11,236 bases of DNA from NCBI GenBank assembly GCA_034660555.1, contig JAYEJL010000007.1:1-11236 (forward strand), given 5' to 3'. Numbering within the stretch: the first letter of the stretch is position 1; every line of letters begins with the position of its first letter. A program made the position numbers and the translations under genes. Below are positions 5,856 through 11,236 of the stretch, in pieces. This DNA comes from Thermotogota bacterium. Lineage in GTDB: Bacteria; Thermotogota; Thermotogae; Petrotogales; Kosmotogaceae. The notes under the pieces were generated by a model that was given only the letters and a program-made list of their open reading frames with translations, was not told the DNA's origin and ran no database searches.

Positions 5856-6770
5856 ATGTTTCTTGATTACCCTGAAAAATCCTGGTCATTATCGAAGCAA
5901 AATGTCTTTGATGAGTGTAGAAGAAAATATTTCTTCAAAACATATGCTCACTGGAAAGGCTGGGAACAAAATGCATCAGAATTTACAAGAAAGGCATATC
6001 TTCTAAATAAACTGCAGAATATATATGCATTACTTGGTCAGGCAGTACATGACGAGGTCAAAAAGGCCATACTTAACAAGAAAATACAAAAAGCCTTATC
6101 CATTAAAGACATAAGGGAGAAACTGAATGAAGCGTGGAAAGATTCAATTAATAATAGAGCTGATTGGGAACGCTGGCCTAAGGAATTTACAATGCTTCAA
6201 GAAATATACTACGGTAACAAAAGCTTTCTAAGGCAAAATTCTTCTAAAATAACAAAAAGAGCTGAGATCTGTATAGAGAATTTTTCTGGTTCGGAAGTAT
6301 TCAAAAGAATAAAGAATAGCGAATTCCAGATATTAGAAGTTGATGAAGACTTCCCATCATTTAAGTACAATGGAGTTCGTGTTTTCTCGATCATTGATTT
6401 TCTTTACAAAACAAATAAAAATACTATTTACATAATTGATTGGAAAACAGGAAGACCCAATGAGGAAAAAGATAAGAGACAACTAAAATTATACACAATA
6501 TATGTGCTTGAAAAGTATAAAAACGCTGAACTTAGCAACATTAAATGTGTTAACGAATATCTGTTAACTGGAGATAGATCTGTTCACGAATTTAGTGAAA
6601 AGGAAATAGCAAATACAAAGAAATATATTGAAAAAAGTATCAGTGAAATAGATAAATACTGCGAAGATCCCCAACTAAATAAACCAAAAGACATCTCCTT
6701 TTTTGAGAAAAATCCTGGAAGACGCTGTAATTACTGTGAATTTCTTGAACTCTGTAAGGGAACTGAGTGA
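5856..6770 (+). CDS. PD-(D/E)XK nuclease, RecB/AddB/Cas4-like, with probable 4Fe-4S staple
   Basis: SLSK...C21-RRKYF, GQAVH, IIDFL, IIDWKTG, QLKLY and C-terminal C291-x2-C294-x5-C300. Confidence 0.9.
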   Translation: MFLDYPEKSWSLSKQNVFDECRRKYFFKTYAHWKGWEQNASEFTRKAYLLNKLQNIYALLGQAVHDEVKKAILNKKIQKALSIKDIREKLNEAWKDSINNRADWERWPKEFTMLQEIYYGNKSFLRQNSSKITKRAEICIENFSGSEVFKRIKNSEFQILEVDEDFPSFKYNGVRVFSIIDFLYKTNKNTIYIIDWKTGRPNEEKDKRQLKLYTIYVLEKYKNAELSNIKCVNEYLLTGDRSVHEFSEKEIANTKKYIEKSISEIDKYCEDPQLNKPKDISFFEKNPGRRCNYCEFLELCKGTE

Positions 6771-7590
6771 TCCTAAGAAAGCGAGAATCCGAGAAGATTC
6801 GAAGAAACGAGAAACCGAGAAAGAACAAAAAAATGGTTAAATAAAGAGAATAGAGCCCCCGACTAATCTTTCATTTTTAAAAACGAGAATTAGAGAGTGT
6901 GATAAAACAACAAAAAATAAGAACCGATAATCCCTAGATTTAATTTTAAAGCTACTGTGCACAAGTGCGCTTAAAGAAACACACCTCACCACTTCGTGGT
7001 CCCCTCCTCTCAAATAGAGGAGATTCTAAAACATATAAACCAAAATGCGGTTTTTATCCTGAACTCTTATATTTGAACTTTCCAAACAACGCACAAACTA
7101 CTATCGTACAACGTTTTTTATTAATGGTTTTAGTCGGATCTCTGATCTCGGTTCTCGAATCTCGATTTTAATTTTAGATTCCACCCTTGAGGGTGGCCAG
7201 CTGTACCTAGCTGGGGGTGTAGATTTTTAATTTTATCTGCAAAGCGCATATCCAAGCGCAGCTCGCACATCCTGAGCTTCGCTCAGCATATCCGATTGCT
7301 TTACAAATCGCATATCAATGTTTTGTCTTTTGTACTTCCGAACAACCTACAACCAACAACCGACAACGTTTTCTTGATTTTTATCGTCGATTGACGAAGC
7401 GCCGCGTTCAGCAAGCGTTAGACGAAACGTCAGTGCTGGACGACTAGACGTGTTTTTCGAACCTGTCGGTTCACGTCTATTGTTATTTATGGTGGTTTTC
7501 GTCGAGTCTCGGGGTTTAGTTCGATGGACCAAGTGGAACGTTTGACTTTCTTTTAGTCTCGCTTTCTCGTCAACTGGGTTCTTCTCGTTT
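6771..7590. repeat. Intergenic repeat mosaic B (REP/BIME-like)
   Basis: Modules: CGAGA runs (6782-6820; inverted 7557-7590); double hairpins 6979-7022 and 7181-7220; CAAC modules ~7072-7119 and ~7329-7372; CTCGGTTCTCGAAT 7147-7160; GCATATCC array 7239-7317; inverted GTCCAACG module 7388-7442; CGGTTCA...TTATTTATGGT ~7467-7494; intron-target-like 20-mer 7527-7546. Confidence 0.85.
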
Positions 7591-7768
7591 TCTATATGAG
7601 CTTATCTCAATTTTTAATTTGTTTCACGTGATTTTATTTTTCGAATTGTTTTGTTGTTTATTAAAATTTCGTGCTATTATTTGAGAGTAATAGTCTGTGA
7701 TTTTACTTTGACCTTTATTACAATAACTAGGATGTTAAAAAAGTTGCAGTCTAGAGGGGGCAAACATT

Positions 7769-10261
7769 ATGAAGAGAATTTCACTTTTCATACTTACAGG
7801 TTTGTTAGTAATCTTTCTGTTAACTGCATGCCCACCAAAGGAAATATTGTATCTAAATATAGAAATTGAAACTACAGAAGATGCTTCAGGATCAGTTTAC
7901 CCCTTTGAAGGGGAATATCTTTATTATGAAGGTATGACACAAGAAATTATTGCAGCTCCTTCTGAAAGCTCAGTTTTTGAAAGATGGATAATAGATGGTA
8001 TTGAAGAAACAAAGGCATCGACGACAATAACAATAAATAAAAGTCTTACAGCTACTGCTTACTTTGAAAATGCAGAACCACCTGGAGTTAAATATACATT
8101 GACTGTTTTAAAATCTCAAGGAGAGGGAGAGATAGAACTTGCTTCAGGAACTTATGAATATGCTGAAAATTCAGTAATTTCATTAACCGCGACTCCAGCT
8201 GATGGATGGGAGTTCGTCAAGTGGGAAGTGGATGGAACCGAATACTCTACTGAAGACTCAACTACCTTGATCATGGATGCAGACAAAGAAGTAAGTGCCT
8301 ACTTTGAAGAAATCTCCCCAGAAGAATATACATTGTTCATGCTCGAACCTGAGGGTGAAGGAGATACATCGCCTACTTCTCCAGGAACCTACACATATGA
8401 AGAAGAGATTGAAATTATATTATCCGCTACTCCAACTGATGGATGGAAGTTCATTAAATGGGAAGTGAACGGAGAATTTTATTCCAGCCGTGAATCTGCG
8501 ACTTTACTTATGAACTCTAATAAAGAAGTGAAAGTATTTTTTTCGAATGATAGTGAGGGTTATATATTAACTACAATAGTTGAGGGCGATGGAAGGATAA
8601 AAATTGAACCAGAAAAAAACACATATTCCCAGGGAGAAATAGTTGAACTTGAAGCAATTCCTGATAACTGTTCTAGTTTTGTTAAATGGGACGGAGACAT
8701 TATTTCTGAAAAAGAGAAAATCGAACTGATAATGGATAATGATAAGATTGTTTACGCTGCTTTTAAAGAGAACGATAAACCTCCATCTGTAGAAATTATT
8801 TCACCTCAACCAGTACCAGAATATGTTAATGATTTATCTAAGGAATTTGAGTTTGCTTTCTCCCCCAGTAATGAAGGAGTAAATTTACATAAAATTTCTG
8901 CAGAAATATGTTCTGATAATTGGACATTTAACTCTAATATTTATGATAATGTTGGTCGGGGTGAACTTGTTTTGAGTTTTGATCAAGACAAAGTTATTGA
9001 TTGTGAAACATATTATGCAACTATTACTGTAGAAGATTGTTGTGGTAATGTAGCCTCAAAGCAAATTAATCTTACAATAGACAATATACTACCCAAACTG
9101 GATTTTTCAGTATGCGCTTTTAAAAATGAAAACAATTTTGTGGAAACGACTCTTTCCTGGACAGCCACAGACACTTGTTTTGATAAAATAAGAATCGAAG
9201 TAAATAAAGGAACCACTACTGAAACTTATACATTTGTCAATAAAGGTAACACAAAATGGATTATTCCTGTTGATGAACTAAACGAAGAAAATCTGGTTGT
9301 TAGAGCCACAGCTTACGATAAAGCAGGAAATACAGAGACTGTTTCAAGGACAATACCAGTCAGGAAACTATCAATGAGGGTAAATTCAGAAAATGCCGGG
9401 AGTGTTTCTCCAGCTCCGGGTGATCATTACTATCCATCATCAGTAAGAATTGGCTTATCTGCAGTACCAGATACAGAATACGCCTTTGATAAATGGATAG
9501 CCACAGCAGGTTCATTTGAAGACGAAGCTTCTGCTGAAACCAAATATTTGATGCCCGATCAAAATGCAACAATTACGGCAAATTTTACTCCTATTTGGAA
9601 AGGCTTTACTGAAAATCAATCAATTCTGCAACAGACAGCAAATGTTTCAGTTAATAAACCTCCTGGAGTTGAAACAGGAGATATGATAATTGTAATTCTT
9701 CACACAGATAACAGGATAGATGATAAATGGGCGAATGATCCATCATCTTTACAGGGTTTCTCAATTATCGGGCATTCCACTAATGAAAGCGACTATGAAA
9801 GACCAACAGTATCTGCAGCTTACAAAATAGCAGGAGAAAATGAACCAGCTTCATATTCCTTCGAAATTTCTGAAGAGATGCATTGGTATATTACTGCCAT
9901 ATGTATTAATAAATTTAATGGCATTGGGACAATTATTAGAAAAACTTCAGGAGAACAATCAGTGGAATCAATAACCTTTGATAATTTAACTACTTCAGAT
10001 AAATCATTAATAATTGCTGCAATAACTCAAAGACGTTCCACTGATTCAGATTATAATGCAAGATCCATAGTGCCTCCTCAAGGTATGAAAGAAAGGTACT
10101 CTTATTATTCATTCGAAACATTTGGAGAAGATGGTAAACCCAATGCATCTGGCGCTTCAAAATTAATGAAACCCGGACAAATTATTAAATCACCAACCTA
10201 CAGTTGGGATTATACTGGCAGAGCTGCCGGTATAATGTTTGAAATTATTCTCAACGACTAA
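7769..10261 (+). CDS. Surface lipoprotein with multiple divergent InlB-B-repeat-like domains, Ig-like segments and a distinct C-terminal domain
   Basis: Signal peptide with LTAC lipobox. Five repeats of the type YTLT...GxG...G.Y.Y......L.A.P..G..F.KW...........M.....V.A.F, acidic and beta-rich. TVEDCCGN and TAYDKAGN Ig-like turns. GAGGGGG RBS. Confidence 0.85.
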   Translation: MKRISLFILTGLLVIFLLTACPPKEILYLNIEIETTEDASGSVYPFEGEYLYYEGMTQEIIAAPSESSVFERWIIDGIEETKASTTITINKSLTATAYFENAEPPGVKYTLTVLKSQGEGEIELASGTYEYAENSVISLTATPADGWEFVKWEVDGTEYSTEDSTTLIMDADKEVSAYFEEISPEEYTLFMLEPEGEGDTSPTSPGTYTYEEEIEIILSATPTDGWKFIKWEVNGEFYSSRESATLLMNSNKEVKVFFSNDSEGYILTTIVEGDGRIKIEPEKNTYSQGEIVELEAIPDNCSSFVKWDGDIISEKEKIELIMDNDKIVYAAFKENDKPPSVEIISPQPVPEYVNDLSKEFEFAFSPSNEGVNLHKISAEICSDNWTFNSNIYDNVGRGELVLSFDQDKVIDCETYYATITVEDCCGNVASKQINLTIDNILPKLDFSVCAFKNENNFVETTLSWTATDTCFDKIRIEVNKGTTTETYTFVNKGNTKWIIPVDELNEENLVVRATAYDKAGNTETVSRTIPVRKLSMRVNSENAGSVSPAPGDHYYPSSVRIGLSAVPDTEYAFDKWIATAGSFEDEASAETKYLMPDQNATITANFTPIWKGFTENQSILQQTANVSVNKPPGVETGDMIIVILHTDNRIDDKWANDPSSLQGFSIIGHSTNESDYERPTVSAAYKIAGENEPASYSFEISEEMHWYITAICINKFNGIGTIIRKTSGEQSVESITFDNLTTSDKSLIIAAITQRRSTDSDYNARSIVPPQGMKERYSYYSFETFGEDGKPNASGASKLMKPGQIIKSPTYSWDYTGRAAGIMFEIILND

Positions 10262-10394
10262 CAGAAATTATTATTTAGAATATTTTTCTATTAATTTAGA
10301 GAAAACATATTTAATTTAAGCACTAAAGATATATAATCTACGAACAAAAATTTCTGTTTTCAATTTAACTCCTCTTTTGTAGGAGACGAAGAAC

Positions 10395-10876
10395 ATAGAA
10401 ACAATCATAAAGAAGCGAGGGTCTTTTAGAGCAGGGGGTCTTAGATACTACGGAGATGTTAGTGACATAGTAAAGATGGCGCCCAAATTATGGAACAATT
10501 CAATAAGAGAATGTCTGAAGTTAGAGATGCTGTTCCAGGATGTGCTTACGGTCTTATGAGTACTGATATCGATCCTGTAAGCATGGAGAAATGGGATTAT
10601 ATGGCATGTATTGAGGTAAAAAGCTTTAAGGATATTCCTGAAGGAATGGTAGAGGTGGAAGTACTTGAACAAACATATGCCATTTTCACTCATAAAGGAA
10701 AATTGGACAAACTAAGACAGTATATAATTGCATTTATAGTGAATAACTGCCACAGTCAAATTACGAACATGTGGGTAAATTCGATTTCGAACTATATGAT
10801 TACCACTTTATTATAGATAGTGAGTGATCAATCAGAGTTGGACATCTATATTTCGGTAAAACAAAAGAATAAATAA
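10395..10876 (+). pseudogene. GyrI-like small-molecule-binding domain protein, frameshifted
   Basis: AGGAG RBS then ATA: IETIIKKRGSFRAGGLRYYGDVSDIVKMAPKLW / EQFNKRMSEV...DYMACIEVKSFKDIPEGMVEVEVLEQTYAIFTHKGKLDKL / VYNCIYSE*LPQSNYEHVGKFDFELYD... / DQSELDIYISVKQKNK*. Three frameshifts and one internal stop; ORF 10490-10816 is only the middle piece. Confidence 0.85.
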
Positions 10877-10992
10877 AAATTATCAAAGGAAAAATGCGAA
10901 TGGTAGAAACTTTGTCTTTTTGTTGAACATATTAAAGAACATGTATGTCTTAATTCCGAGTAATATAATCAGAATACGAGGAGTTGAATTGG

Positions 10993-11236
10993 ATGAAGTT
11001 TATTAAGTTTGCTCTGATGTTTATTTTCATAGGAGGATTGGCGATGGTTTCGAGAGGTAATGAGATACCGATTATTGATCAGAATGTTCCAGAACAATTG
11101 GATATAGCAACTTTTAGTATGGGTTGTTTCTGGGGATCTGAAGCGAGTTTTGGAGCAGCAGAAGGAGTTTACAGAACTCGAGTAGGTTATGCGGGAGGTA
11201 CAAAAGAAAATCCAGCCTACTACAGACTTGGTGACC
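10993..11236 (+). CDS. msrA: Peptide methionine sulfoxide reductase A, 5' part (runs off the window)
   Basis: GAGGAG RBS; MKFIKFALMFIFIGGLAMVSRG...ATFSMGCFWGSEASFGAAEGVYRTRVGYAGGTKENPAYYRLGD, with the GCFW active site and GYAGG motif. Confidence 0.95.
   Translation, partial: MKFIKFALMFIFIGGLAMVSRGNEIPIIDQNVPEQLDIATFSMGCFWGSEASFGAAEGVYRTRVGYAGGTKENPAYYRLGD

Noticed and set aside
6965..6970. GTGCGC as a third group II intron 5' end
   Set aside because: The downstream sequence is repeat mosaic with no intron domain motifs.
6965..7869. Short ORFs 6965-7171, 7347-7532 and 7651-7869
   Set aside because: They run through repeat modules or overlap the lipoprotein start out of frame, with no convincing RBS.
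9013..9572. Two minus-strand ORFs
   Set aside because: Antisense shadows of the lipoprotein gene.
10490..10816. 108-aa ORF as an intact gene
   Set aside because: It is the middle frame of a frameshifted GyrI-like pseudogene; its start and C-terminal tail result from the frameshifts.

Overview
AT-rich bacterial window with heavy gene decay. Intact CDSs: an NCS2 uracil-type permease, lpdA, a solo PD-(D/E)XK (RecB/Cas4-like) nuclease, an 830-aa surface lipoprotein and the 5' part of msrA. Pseudogene remnants: a Mo-hydroxylase C-terminus, yqeC, an HD-GYP domain and a GyrI-like protein. Notable structure not captured by the ORF track: (1) the 5' half of a group II intron (minus strand, 1-505) inserted in a repeated intergenic module, with a probable empty target at 7527-7546; (2) a 2.2-kb, visibly GC-richer cargo, truncated at both ends and bracketed by 87/88-bp inverted repeats; (3) two long intergenic mosaics built from the same short modules, including GGATATGC-repeat arrays with covarying hairpin spacers; (4) a three-gene operon of ~30-35-aa, apparently paralogous peptides divergent from the nuclease. 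All family assignments come from motif recognition by eye; no searches were run.
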